This document shows positions 1 to 12,084 of a stretch of 64,000 nucleotides of DNA, piece after piece. The DNA is taken from NCBI RefSeq assembly GCF_009914755.1, contig NC_060929.1; one strand, given 5' to 3'. Source of the DNA: the human T2T-CHM13v2.0 reference genome, Homo sapiens. The notes below the pieces were generated by a model that saw only the letters and a list, made by a program, of their open reading frames with translations, searched no databases and was not told the origin of the DNA. The translations under genes and the position numbers were made by a program. Position 1 is the stretch's first letter. Each line of letters starts with the position of its first letter.

Positions 1-804
1 TAGAAAATTTCCAAAAATTAAAAACATCACCATTGCATGATCCATGTGTCTGCCACACCATAAGGTCTGAAATGGTTAAAATTTACTGGCGTTTCATTCT
101 ATCTCTGTCTCTAACACACACACTTGTCCTTTAAAGTAAATTTCCCACTTAATCTTTTCTGTACTGATCTGTTAAATATTTGAACTCAATTGTTGAAGTG
201 ATTATTTGAAATTTGCATCTGGTATTTAAGATCTCCAACTGAATAAATACCATGCTGTTAATCAAACAAATTCATTGTGAAAAGGTAAAAACATGCTCTG
301 TATTAATTTCAGTAACTATTTCAGGCATTCGCCAACAAATAAATACCCAGTGTAAGTTAATCATCTAATCCAAAGTTCCCAAAAGTTCACAATCAAATAA
401 ACCAAAACCCCAGCAATGATAGATTCTTGTAATTATCTTTATCACGTTAATGTCTGTGTATAATTACTCACAATATAAGATTATGTGAAAACAGTCAGCT
501 CTGGGACTGGTTCCCGAAACAACAAATGCTTTATCTTATAAATTAATAACAACAATTAGCACTTTACAGACCTTTTCATCCATTGGTCTCATTGCAAAGG
601 CGAATTAATTTGATTGTAACATAACTTCCTGGAACAAAAGCATCATCCTTGAGATTAAAAAATGCATTTAAGTCATTGTCATGATGAGAATCCATTTTTT
701 GGTACAGTTTCTTTAAAAAATGTGTTTTCCAATTATAACCCTATCCCTTAACTGCATTAAAAGGCAAAAAGAAAAATGTCTTTGGAGAAAAAAATATTTC
801 ATAA

Positions 805-1110
805 TTTTATTTCATTTATTATTATTATTTTTGAGACAGGGTCTCACTCTGCTACCCAGGCTGAAGTGCAGGCTCAGCTAACTGCAGCCTGGCAGCCCAG
901 GTTCAAGCAATCGTCCCACCTCAGCTTTCCAAGTAGCTGAGATTACAGGTGGGCGCCATCAAGTCCAGCTAATTTTTTCTTTTACTTTTAGTAGAGTCAA
1001 GGTTTCACCATGTTGCTCAGGCTGATCTCAAACTCCTGGGCTCAAGCAATCTGCCTGCCTTGGCCTCCTAAAGTGCTGAGATTACAGGCTCACAGCCACC
1101 ACTACTGGCC
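805..1110 (-). mobile_element. Alu (AluJ-like), antisense
   Basis: T-rich tail, then GAGACAGGGTCTCACTCTG...GCTCAAGCAATCTGCCTGCCTTGGCCTCCTAAAGTGCTGAGATTACAGG...GGCC; J-type features. Confidence 0.9.
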
Positions 1111-1763
1111 TATTTTGCAATTTTAAATGTATCTCTGGTGGGAAATAGGACTGTAAGCCAAGCCTCTTCACTATAAGATTAAGGTTCTGTCCACAATACC
1201 ACCCAGAAAATGAGAATGTTGTATGGAATGTTTCAGAGAACACGGAAGCCACAGCTACTGCACATGTCTAGGAACTAATTTCTCTATCCAATTAGTCTTC
1301 ACTCATAATGTCCCTTCTGAGTCCATAAGGAGTTCTCAAAACATCCTCCTCTCCTAAATCTTTCCTGAGTACTAAGAATTAGGCATCAATCTCAGTACTT
1401 GACACATTTCTTACCCTTAAAACCATAGAGGTTGACTTTTATGGATTTATTGAAACCAAAAATAATGTCTATATATCAACCATGCAAGCAAGATGTATGT
1501 TGTTAAACCTGAGGGATTCTTGTTAGAGCAAGGATACTATGCCCATCAGCTAAAGATAAGTCCTCACATGGTGTTCATAAGACTAGCTGGGCTTCCTAAG
1601 TATTCCCTCCTCCATACATGCCACGGTGTGATTCTGTACTCAGTCCCTGACCTCACAGCCAGCCCAGGAACAATTAGAAGTTGGAGGTGCTAGCAAGGGG
1701 ACATATAATCCCTGACTTCAGCAACTCATCAATTTCTTTGTGTGAGTCTATTTTCTTAAAAAA

Positions 1764-1779
1764 AAAAAAATGAAGAGTC
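1764..1779 (+). repeat. 5' copy of the 16-bp TSD of the ASS1 retrocopy (3' copy at 3671-3686)
   Basis: AAAAAAATGAAGAGTC occurs at both positions; the A-run is preceded by TT, giving a TT/AAAA L1 endonuclease site. Confidence 0.9.
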
Positions 1780-3361
1780 ACCTGCTCTGTCGCCTGCCAC
1801 CGCTGCTCGGGCCCGAGTGGTTCACTGCACCGTGAAGACAGATTCCAGACACCGGGAACTCACGCCTCCAATCCCAGACGCTATGTCCAGCAAAGGCTCC
1901 ATGGTTCTGGCCTACAGTGGTGGCCTGAACACCTCCTGCATCCTCGTGTGGCTGAAGGAACAAGGCTATGATGTCACTGCCTACCTGGCCAATACTGGCC
2001 AGAAGGAAGACTTCGAGGAAGCCAGGAAGAAGGCACTGAAGCTTGGAGCCAAAAAGGTGTTCATTGAGGATGTCAGCAGGGAGTTTGTGGAGGAGTTCAT
2101 CTGGGCGGCCATCCAGTCCAGCGCACTGTATGAGGACCACTACCTCCTGGGTACTTCTCTCACCAGGCCCTGCATCGCCCACAAAAAAGTGGAAACCGTC
2201 CAGCGGGTGGGGGCCAAGTGTGTGTCCCACAGCCCCACAAGAAAGGGGAACGATCAGGTCCAGTTTGAGCTCATCTGCTACTCGCTGGCCCCCCAGATGA
2301 AGGTCCCTGGAGGGCTCCCTGGAGGATGCCCGAGTTCTACAACTGGTTCAAGGGCCGCAGTGACCTGATGGAATATGCAAAGCAACACGGGATTCCCATC
2401 CTGGTCACTCCCAAGAACCTGTGGAGCATCGACAAGAACCTCATGCACATCAGCTACAAGGCTGGAATCCTGGAGAACCCCAAGAACCAAGTGCCTCCAG
2501 GTCTCTACACAAAGATCCAGGACCCAGCCAAAGCCCCCAACACCCCTGACATTCTCAAGATCCAATTCAAAAAAGGGGTCCCCGTGAGGGTGACCAGCGT
2601 CAAGGATGGCACCACCCACCAGACCTCCTTGGAGCTCTTCATGTACCTGAACGAAGTTGCAGGCAAGCACGGTGTGGGCTTATTGCCATCGTGGAGAACA
2701 TCTTCACCAGACAAAGGCCCAAGGTATCTACCAGACCCCAGTAGGCTCCATCCTTTACCATGCTCATTTAGACATCAAGGTCTTCACCACAGACCGGGAA
2801 GTGCACAAAACCAATCAAGGCCTGGGCTTGAAATTTGCTGAGCTGATATACACCAGTTTCTGACATAGCCCTGAGTGTGAATTTGTCCGCCCCTGCATCG
2901 CCAAGTCCCAGGAGCCGGCAGAAGGGAAAGTGCAGGTGCCGGTCCTCAAGGGCCAGGTGTACATCCTTGGCTGGGAGTCCCCACTGTCTCTCTACAATGA
3001 GGAGCTGATGAGCGTGAACGTGCAGGGTGATTATGAGCCGATTGATGACACCGGGTTCATCAACATCAACTCCCTCAGACTGAAGGAATACCATTGTCTC
3101 CAGAGTAAGTTCACTGCCAGATAGACCCCTGTACCATGAGGAGCTGGGGCCTCCTCAATTTGCAGATCCCCCAAGTACAGGTGCTAATTGTTGTGATAAT
3201 TTGTAATTGTGCCTTGTTCTCCCCAGCTGGCAACCTAGTGGGGCTGCCAGGCCCCAGCTTTGTTCCGTGGTCCCCCCAAAGCCTGTAAACATCATCATGG
3301 AAGGGAAGGGTGTGGGGAAGCTGCGGTGGAGAGCTATAAAATGACAATTAAAAGAAAAAAA
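1780..3361 (+). pseudogene. ASS1P: Processed (retrotransposed) pseudogene of argininosuccinate synthase 1 (ASS1), full length with 5' UTR, CDS and 3' UTR
   Basis: ATG at 1883 gives [30 protein letters not shown]...; ORF pieces 1883-2303, 2326-2679, ~2711-2863 and 2864-3124 tile the whole ASS1 protein to ...[15 protein letters not shown]-stop with no introns. Disablements: net +5 frameshift at ~2306, -1 at ~2680, -1 at ~2710, TGA at 2861-2863 (W326). ATTAAA at 3347-3352 followed by an A tail; TSD AAAAAAATGAAGAGTC at 1764-1779 and 3671-3686. Which numbered ASS1P copy this is cannot be determined. Confidence 0.97.
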
Positions 3362-3746
<385 letters not shown>

Positions 3747-3749
3747 TTA

Positions 3750-4207
3750 ATACAATAAACATTTATGTCAGCATATCTGTGGGTCTGAAATTCAGGAGCT
3801 GCTTAAATGGTTGGTTTTGGCTCAGAGATTTTTCAAGAGGCTGTGCTCAAGATGTCAGCCCAGGTTGCCACCATCTGAAAGCTTGAATTGAGCTGTAAAA
3901 TCCATTTCCATGATGGCTCACTCACATGGCTGTTGGTGGCAGGCCGCAGTTTCTTAACACATGGACCTCTTCATAGGTCAGCTTGAGTGTCTTCATGACA
4001 ATGTAGCTGGCTTCTTTCTGGAGAGAGATAACAAGGAGAAAGCCTTATATACCCTTATGTCAAACATTACACACTTTCACCTCAACCATATTCAGTTCAT
4101 CAGAAGCACGTCACTAAATACAACCCACAGTTAAGAAGAGGGAAATCAGAGCCCATCTTTCAAAGGGAAGATTAACATTGTGTTGACATATTTTAAAAAC
4201 CACCACA
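3750..4207 (-). mobile_element. MLT1 (MaLR) LTR, MLT1F/E-like
   Basis: CAAGATGTCAGC...GATGGCTCACTCACATGGCTG...TTTTAAAAACCACCACA terminus typical of an antisense MLT1. Confidence 0.75.
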
Positions 4208-4321
4208 GGGTCTATTCCAGGCTTTTGCTATATTCTGCAATGCCTGCATTACAAACCAGGGCAGGTCCTAAAGATGATCCACTCTTTTTTTTTTTATTTT
4301 TTGTCATGACTTTTGACATTA

Positions 4322-4445
4322 TATTATTATTTTTTAATTCCACAGGTTTTGGGGGAACAGGTGGTATTTGGTTACATAAGTTCTTTAGTGGTGGTTTGTG
4401 AGATTTTGCTGCACCCATCACCTGTGCAGTAAACACTGAACCCAA
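4322..4445 (-). mobile_element. L1PB-type 3' end fragment
   Basis: TTTTGGGGGAACAGGTGGTATTTGGTTACAT...TTCTTTAGTGGTG...CACCCATCACC matches the antisense L1PB 3' UTR. Confidence 0.8.
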
Positions 4446-5284
4446 AAGATTACCCACTCTAAACTGAATATAATGCTGATCCCATGCATGCCAGTAACAG
4501 TGGCCTACACTGAGGGAGAGAGTCAGGAAACAAGGGACAATGCAAGACACTATGGTTATTTTTAAGGCTTTATAAAGTGATTTAAAATCTGCACTGGCAA
4601 TTTCAGGACAGTTTGTATAAATAAATAATAGGATTAAACAGTTGCACCTCTCATGGACAGTTTGACCGCCCACTAGAATTGAGTCTGAAGTGCTTCACAG
4701 GATATGCTAACATTGGACAGTCAACCTCTGAATCCCCCACACTTATCTGAGCACGTTCAACTTTACCATCTTCTTCTCTCTGCTAAGCTGAAATCAGTGT
4801 ATTGATGTCTTGGTGGGAGAGTGGAACTAGAGTTGCTAAACTATTCCCTGGATGGAAAACTGAAGAGAGAAGGTGTCTTCTTGTTCCTATGAGTCAGGAT
4901 ATTTAAGTCAAACTCTGCTAAATATTCCTCTATGGAGCAATGGAGGAGACATCAGCCCCAAAATGAATATTCTTCTCTGTCCACTGTTTTTGTGGCTTAC
5001 TCTGCTTGGATGTTGCTCCCAGAATGCTGTATTCAGGGAGTAATTTAGAAACCTCTCTCTCTGTGTCTTGCACACACGCTCACTCATGCATACACCACCC
5101 TAGCTAATGTATCAGATTTTTTAAAAACACATTGAAACTTTTAGGACACTAGTGTCTCGTGTAGAGGTTAATGGAACCATAATATATCCTTGGTTATGCT
5201 GAGTGACGCCTTAGTGAGATGTCTAGCATTCCCAGAGTACAGAAAGTATCTTTTCAAAAGTAATAATGATGTTGTTGATGATGA

Positions 5285-5505
5285 TAATAAAGTGTATATT
5301 ATATTCCAGAAGTTGTATTAGCAGCTTAACATACATTCTCTTATTCATTTCTCACAACACTGAGAGGTGAATAATATTATTGTTATGCCCACTTGACAAA
5401 TGAAGAAACTGAACCTTGAAATTCAGTGGCTTGCCTGAGGTCAGCCAGCAAATAAGTGGGGAAGTAGGGCTTCCAACCCAGGAAATCTGAGGCCAGATTC
5501 CACAC
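5285..5505 (-). mobile_element. MIR
   Basis: MIR core GACAAATGAAGAAACTGA...GGCTTGCCTGAGGTCA. Confidence 0.8.
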
Positions 5506-6024
5506 TGGTACCTAGCACTGACCTTAGAATGAGTGCCCCAGATGATTACTTAGTAGAGGAGCGAATGGATGAAGAAGGAAAAGAAGAGTAAGGTCTTGTT
5601 GAGTCTTTCTCTCTAAACAGTATCATGGCCACCAATTATAAGGCTTGATCACTCGTTATTTGGACATATATTTTTGTGTCTCAACTAGACTGGCAACTTA
5701 ATGAATAAATCTTGTCTCATGGGACTATCTATTCCCTCCTGGGTAAATAGAAAATTCTGGATAAATTACCTCTGTAATAGAAAAAAATTCATGTGACTCA
5801 GAAGTCTCAGAAGACTATATCACCTCTTCATGTTCAGTAATTTATTCTTTATTTCTGAATTTCTTAATCTACCAAATAATAGTACCCACCTCCTAAACAT
5901 TCATGAGTATAAAACTAAATGAGATAATATACATATTAAAAATAACAATCTATCACATAGTAGGCACTCAGTGTAATTTATCATTAATATTATTCTACAA
6001 GTTTCCATTGGTCCAAAATAAAAT

Positions 6025-6098
6025 ATATATGTATGTATGTATATATATATATACGTGTGTGTGTGTGGAGATATATATATACATATATAGATATTTAT
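6025..6098. repeat. (TA)n/(TG)n compound microsatellite
   Basis: ATATATGTATGTATGTATATATATATACGTGTGTGTGTG...ATATATATACATATATAG. Confidence 0.9.
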
Positions 6099-6119
6099 AC
6101 TACTACCCCTGCTATTTGA

Positions 6120-6320
6120 AATAACTACCATTTGTTATGTATTTAATATCTTGCAAGCATTTTAGAAGGTGATTCTTATATATTACTAATTTTAACAATG
6201 GCACTCTGAGGCTCAGAGGGGTCTGCCAATTTACCCATGATCATACTGCTAGAATGTGCAAGAGGCAGAACATAAACTTAAATCTATGTGATTCTAAATC
6301 CAGTGCTATTTCCACTAAAA
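6120..6320 (-). mobile_element. MIR
   Basis: CTCTGAGGCTCAGAG...TTTACCCATGATCATACTGCTAG...TGATTCTAAATCCAGTGCT. Confidence 0.7.
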
Positions 6321-7314
6321 TGAAGAACATAATCTGAACCAGGTTCTCTTTGTCTGCTCCTCTCAAAATGTGAAGTTCAGATTTTCACCACACATACATA
6401 GTATTCCAGGTAGGAATTCTGCTTGTCTCTCATTCCACAGGCATGCCCTTACATCCTATCCTGAGGTAGAACATTGTTTTCAGAGGAGAAATTCCACCTT
6501 TTTCATGAGGCTATTGATACTGCCATGCTGTCATTTCAAAGAAGACGGACTTGGAGAAGGCAGTCACCACAACCCTGTTGGACATTAGAATTCCTCACTG
6601 ATGTGAGGAATCTAAAATCAAAACTAGAAAAGGTAATCTACTCTCATTGACCTACAGCTGAGAAGATAGAGCAGACTTGCCTCTTAAAAAGGTCGGAAAT
6701 GCTGACCCAGCATCTCTCAGGACAGTTATGGAAAGGAGAAAGTCCATTCAGGCCACAGCTACCTGTCTTCTGTGGCAGTAAACATCGTTTCTATTGCAAC
6801 AAAGGGCACCTAGTATCACCCCCTACTGAGTAATCACTAAGAAAGCAATTCTATTAACAAAGGCCACAATGTCAGTTTCTTACAAGCTAGCCTAAGCATT
6901 ATGTATAATTAATAACTCCTCCTTTATCTTAAATCAGATTAATAAAGCAAGTGTGTTTTTAAAACATAACCAACCTTGGGATCTGAATAGGACAGGGGTA
7001 GGGGAAGTGTAATGTTTACCAACCACACTGCTTTCAGAGTCTTTGCATTTACGTTTATGCTACTTTTCTACAAAGCGAGTGGAAAATAGACACCCTTATT
7101 TGAATACTGATTATATTTACATGGAGTATTCTTAATTTGTTGTCAGTAGTGGAAGGTTATATGCAAGAGAATATAAGTTACCAATAATTTTTAATCATAT
7201 GGCCTTCTGAAATCTGCTCATAGATACTTAGTAGCTTTACTTCATTTTCCTGACTCTTCTTATTCTGATAATCAAATCAGAAATATACTAATTCTTAGCA
7301 ATATCAACTTTAAC

Positions 7315-7545
7315 AACTAATAACTACTGAGTGCTTACTCTGGCCCAAACACTCACAATCTCACTCAACACAACAGCTCCATGAGATAGGTATTATTATT
7401 TATTCTATTTTACAGTTGAGAAAACTGAGGCTTAGAGGTTTTAAACCAACTTGCTTAAAAAGTCCTTACTCTTAACCAAAGGTAGAGTAAATACTTAATA
7501 CCAGGTATGTCAGTCATTAGTCTCTGCCCTTAACTACCACACTAG
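7315..7545 (-). mobile_element. MIR
   Basis: TTTTACAGTTGAGAAAACTGAGGCTTAGAG core. Confidence 0.8.
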
Positions 7546-9242
7546 AGTACTTCCTTATAAAGAAAGGAGAAGCCCAGAGCGGTAAAAAATGTTGCATTCT
7601 AAACATGTCTGCTTTGGTCAGAGTATTTCCTAAAAAGCGTTCCAACTCCCATTTCCATTTTCTTGGTGGCCTAGTCCAACCCAAGATCTTTCCTTGGTCT
7701 ACAAGACAAGAACAAGCAACTGCAGTAAGAATTCATTTATGCCATCTATTCCATGAATACTTACTGAAGACCTAGTCTACATCCAAACCAGTAGACTAAA
7801 CACTGAAGAAACGTTGCCTCAAGAAATAGAGTCTACCCATTCAGTGCACAAACTACACATAGAAGCGCATAGCTGGACACCTGGCTCAGAATGACCCAGG
7901 GGAAGTGTTATCACAGCTGAGACCTGAGGATGATGAGGGTATTTTCCAAGGCAATGTGTATTTATATGAGCTGTGGCCTCAGTATGTCCTCTTCTTCCTC
8001 CAGAATATTGAGACTGGTCCTCTTCGTGGATTTTGCAAAATTAAAACAACAATTCCAACCACCTATCAGTTAAGTAAAAAGAAATGTAATATTTTGTATC
8101 AAAGGGAAATGTAACAGGACCATAATATTATGATGCAGGAAGTGAAGATAGATGCACAACTTTCAGTGACCTTAGCAGACTATCAGCATTTCACTGAGCC
8201 ATTCTCTTTCTTGTTATTGCTGCATAAATATGTATATAAAAGCATATATATATATACACAAGTAACTGAGGGTCAAACACTCAGCTCTTCAGAGTATAGA
8301 AAGGAAAGAGGGTCACAGGCCGATATTCTTATGGTAAGGTGACAGAGCCCCTCAATCCTGTGATTGTAGCATGTTCTTTTATTTGAGTAAGGTGTACAGT
8401 TGTTGGAGAATTATATAGCTGTCACTCAAAATGGTGTAACTTACTCATTGGTCAACCCAAGCATTAAGTACATTTGCTCCTTCAGTTGCTGTCAAGCCCA
8501 GAGGGAGTGCTGAAGTCAGCTACTGCCCTGGCTGGAAGGTCTCAGGGAAATAGAGAATTGGGTGCTTTCCTTGCAACAAGAATTGGCACTCAAATCGTCC
8601 CTGGTGGGGATGGCAAATTAGGATTAATGAGAACAATGTGTCTGTGCTCTTTTGCTGAAACATTGGTTCACTTCTGTTTCAATTGACACCCAAGATTATT
8701 TTTTTTTGCTTACAAAGATTTTCTTATTAGGGAAAAAAGTGGCAGATTTGCCATCCTAGAGCCTGCTGAATGACAAATGCCACACTTATGTGTGTACATA
8801 GGATAAGACGGTAAGCTTTGCAAATGTTTCCTAGCAGGAAACATATCCCAGGCAAAGGGAAGAGCATATGCAAAGAAAACATAGTATGTTCCTAACTTCA
8901 AGCAATATTTTTGTCCTATAATAAAGGTCCTGGTGAAGAATGTCAAAAGTGTTTAGAAACTAAACAGGAGCCAGTGCACAGGTCATGTAAAGAATTTTGG
9001 CTTAAGTTAGCTGGTCTAATTAGATCATGCTATTTAGAGTGTAGTGAGAAGTTTCCTAAAGAGAAGGTGCTAGCCCACAATCTGAGAACTTGAATGAGTT
9101 GCTAGAAGATGCTCGACCTCAGATTTCCATAGGTTCTGTCTTCATTGGCATTGAGGAAGAATCCTGAAAGGTGCTTAGTTACCAACTATGGTGCATAAAT
9201 GGTTTATGCTGCCTTAATAAGATTACAAGGAAGGGATCTTCA

Positions 9243-10363
9243 GTGGTAGATTGCATGATCATTTCCTCTCCATCCTGTAAGAGGATGATATATCCTCAAC
9301 CACAGCTGTGTCTCTTGCAGTATCCCTGCCCTAAAAGGAGTATACATCCTGTAAAGGAAAATTTTAAATCTCAGGACCTCCCAAACTTCTTATGCAAAAG
9401 GATGCTTAAACCCAGAGGAAGCTGAGTCATTGCAACACCCTCTTCCAAAGAAATAGCTGTTACTAACGCTGTGCATCAGCAAGATCCTCATGAAAAGGTA
9501 AAAGCCTCAGACATCTGCAAAGGGCTGCCCCCACAGATCATTCACAAGTAAATAAATTGCTGGCCTCCCATAAACAAGGACATGCCAACTGTAACTTTAG
9601 GTCTACGATCTAAGTCTAGCTCCTAAAACCCACATTGATAATGTTCATCACAAGCTTATTTTCCCAAGTGCAGAACAAATTCAAGACTCATTTCTTCAAC
9701 CTACCCAGAGATGTCTGCATAGTTGACTCTTTTTACTTCCTTTTTTCTCTTCAGAAATTTACCTTATCTCATGGAAAATGTAGATTTACTGGGCACTGAC
9801 CAAAGTCTCACAGGAATGTAACTATTCACCTTACTGCCCACCTGCCCCTCTTCCTACATGCCTTCCACACCTTTAAGGAAATGTATAAATACTAAACTTC
9901 CTGACAACCTCTTTGGAAAAATAGCCACAGTTATGTCTGTGGCACTTATTTTCCTCAGATGCATTCTAAAGCTGGCTTAGTAAACCTCCATAATTGAGAC
10001 CTGTGTCAGTCACTCATTTTGGTTATCAATCCCCACTGCGTTGATGTTGGATTTGGCCTTGAGATGTGCTTTCACCAGAAGAATGTGAGGAACTTGACAT
10101 ACACATCAGAGCAAAAGTATTAGGAGGCATCACTTGTTTCTGCCAACCCTCTTGTTCTTCTGTCCTCTACCATAAAAACTGCATGTCCCAAATTGGGTCT
10201 GCTCCTTGAGCCTGTGTCCTGCCATGCAGCAATGAGGAATTGCAGAGCAGAGCCACAGCAGTTGACTCACAGTCCCAACACATAATGTAAGCCAGAAATA
10301 CACTGTTATTCTAAGTCACCAAGACAGTGTGGTTATTTGTTACTGCAGCAAATCTGCATAACA
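9243..10363 (+). mobile_element. MLT1 (MLT1I/J-like) LTR split by an ERV1 LTR (pieces 9243-9349 and 10029-10363)
   Basis: GTGGTAGATTG start; GTTGGATTTGGCCTTGAGATGTGCTTT...TTTGTTACTGCAGCA end. Confidence 0.7.
9350..10028 (+). mobile_element. ERV1 (MER4-group) solo LTR
   Basis: TGTAAAGGAAAATTTTAAATCTCAGGACC...TTTTGGTTATCA with TG...CA ends; 4-bp TSD ATCC at 9346-9349 and 10029-10032. Confidence 0.85.
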
Positions 10364-12021
10364 TATCTTCTAAGACAGCTCTTTAGATTTCATTGCCAGC
10401 CAAACAGAAAAATAACAAGCAAAACAAAACAAACAAAAACCTCAGGGTGGGATAGCTATATATGCCTATGGCTGAGCTTTCATACATGTGTCAATTCCTA
10501 TGATTTTTTTAATGGTTGTCTGGAGCGCTATGACAAGAATGTTTGTGTAGTCATTTCTAATCTCAACAGGGAAAATTGGCATAATCAATTATTAATGTCT
10601 GCCACGAGCATGAAATTGAGAGGTGGTGACACAGATGACACGTTTGCTGGTCTAAAGCCGACTTCTCCCACCCTTGTAGCCTTTCAAAGAAAGAAATATT
10701 GTGTTTTCCCCTGTATCCATCATCTTTCCTGGTTCCTTCTAAAGATTCATTCCCTCTCACAGGACTCTCACACCTCTGGTTGCAGCAGCAGAGAGTGTGA
10801 TGGCAAATGAGGCTGGACTTTTTCTACCACTGATAATAAAGGATCAGCATAAATACTTATTTTTTCTCCTTGGATGACCTGTCCATGTGCTTCCCCATCT
10901 GATCATTCCTTCCTGTGCTTCTGGAAAGAAGTGGTCAGTGTTACTGATCCTCTAACCAGTCTTACACAAAATACATACAGCTCTTCACATGGCTGAAATG
11001 AGTATGGGTATTTTCACAGAACCCCAACCCTCCAATCCTACTAGCTTACTCGAGGTTAGGCTGGAACGGGGCATATTTCATGTGGTAATCAGGCACCTGG
11101 CATATGCCACATTCCTTCTCACAAAGACCTACCCTCCAACAACCTCTCTTACATTGCTAGAGCGCCACCTAGAGTTCACTGTAACAAGTTTGGTTCCCCA
11201 AGCCTCCCTATTAGCTTGCTATGAAAAGGGCCACATTACAGAAGAGAAAGAGGACAGAAGAGAAGCAATTTTTGCTATACATTTCTATGTGCTAGGGTGC
11301 TATTCTAGGAGGCTAAATGCTTCACTTATCCATATAAGGTAATTGTTATCCCCATTTCACAGATGACAGTAGTTTGCTCAACAAATAGAGCCAAGATTCA
11401 AAACCAGGACTTGCTGACATCAATGCGGATGTTTCTTCCATTATTCAACACTTCTAGCTCTTAATTTCATTCAGCACTCCTCGATTTCAGGACGTTCTAT
11501 GACTCCCCCACAGAATATGTCAACCTCAGTGGAGAAAATTTGTCTATGTAAAACCTAAATGCATTTATTTACACATTTCCTATTGCTACTTTTCCATGCC
11601 TTTTTCTCCTATGCCAGATATGTACTAAGCATCTGTTGAATAAATAAATGACTAAATGAATGAAATGTTTTTTTCTTGACTTTTTTCAAACCCTTTTCAA
11701 AATTCACATACCCAGAATAGCTACACCCACATCTGACTACTCTGTTACTTTATATTCCCACCTTGTGAAAGGTCTCCCCTGTTATGTCCCCACTATCCTA
11801 TAAATGAACCTCATATTACCACAATCCATACATTTCTAAGAATGAAGTGATTAAAATTACTTAGGACACTTCATATGCAAATGAAAGCCTACACAAAACT
11901 ACTTTCCTTCAATAAAGAAGTCACGTAATTATCTGAATCATCAATTATCTAAATCATCACTTATTTACCTGCTTTATTGAGCTAATTTCCTAATACTAGT
12001 TTATATTAAATAATGTGTGGG

Positions 12022-12084
12022 TATCTATCTGTCTCTATCTATCTATCTATCTATCTGTCTATCTATCTATCTAACACACACACA
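12022..12084. repeat. (TATC)n tetranucleotide STR with a short (CA)n
   Basis: TATCTATCTGTCTCTATCTATCTATCTATCTATCTGTCTATCTATCTATCTA then ACACACACACA. Confidence 0.95.

Noticed and set aside
1778-3094. Antisense ORFs (1778-2230, 2278-2670, 2768-3094) over ASS1P
   Set aside because: Shadow frames of a GC3-rich coding sequence; no independent evidence.
1883-3124. ASS1 as a functional gene
   Set aside because: Intronless, three frameshifts, premature TGA, altered active-site motifs, poly(A) tail and TSD.
6586-6614. Small hairpin ATTCCTCAC-TGAT-GTGAGGAAT
   Set aside because: A 9-12 bp stem can occur by chance in 64 kb; no supporting context.
10337-11342. ORFs of 157 aa and 117 aa in mostly unique DNA
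   Set aside because: No recognisable domain or exon structure; the first starts at a non-ATG codon in an LTR end and the second ends in a MIR.
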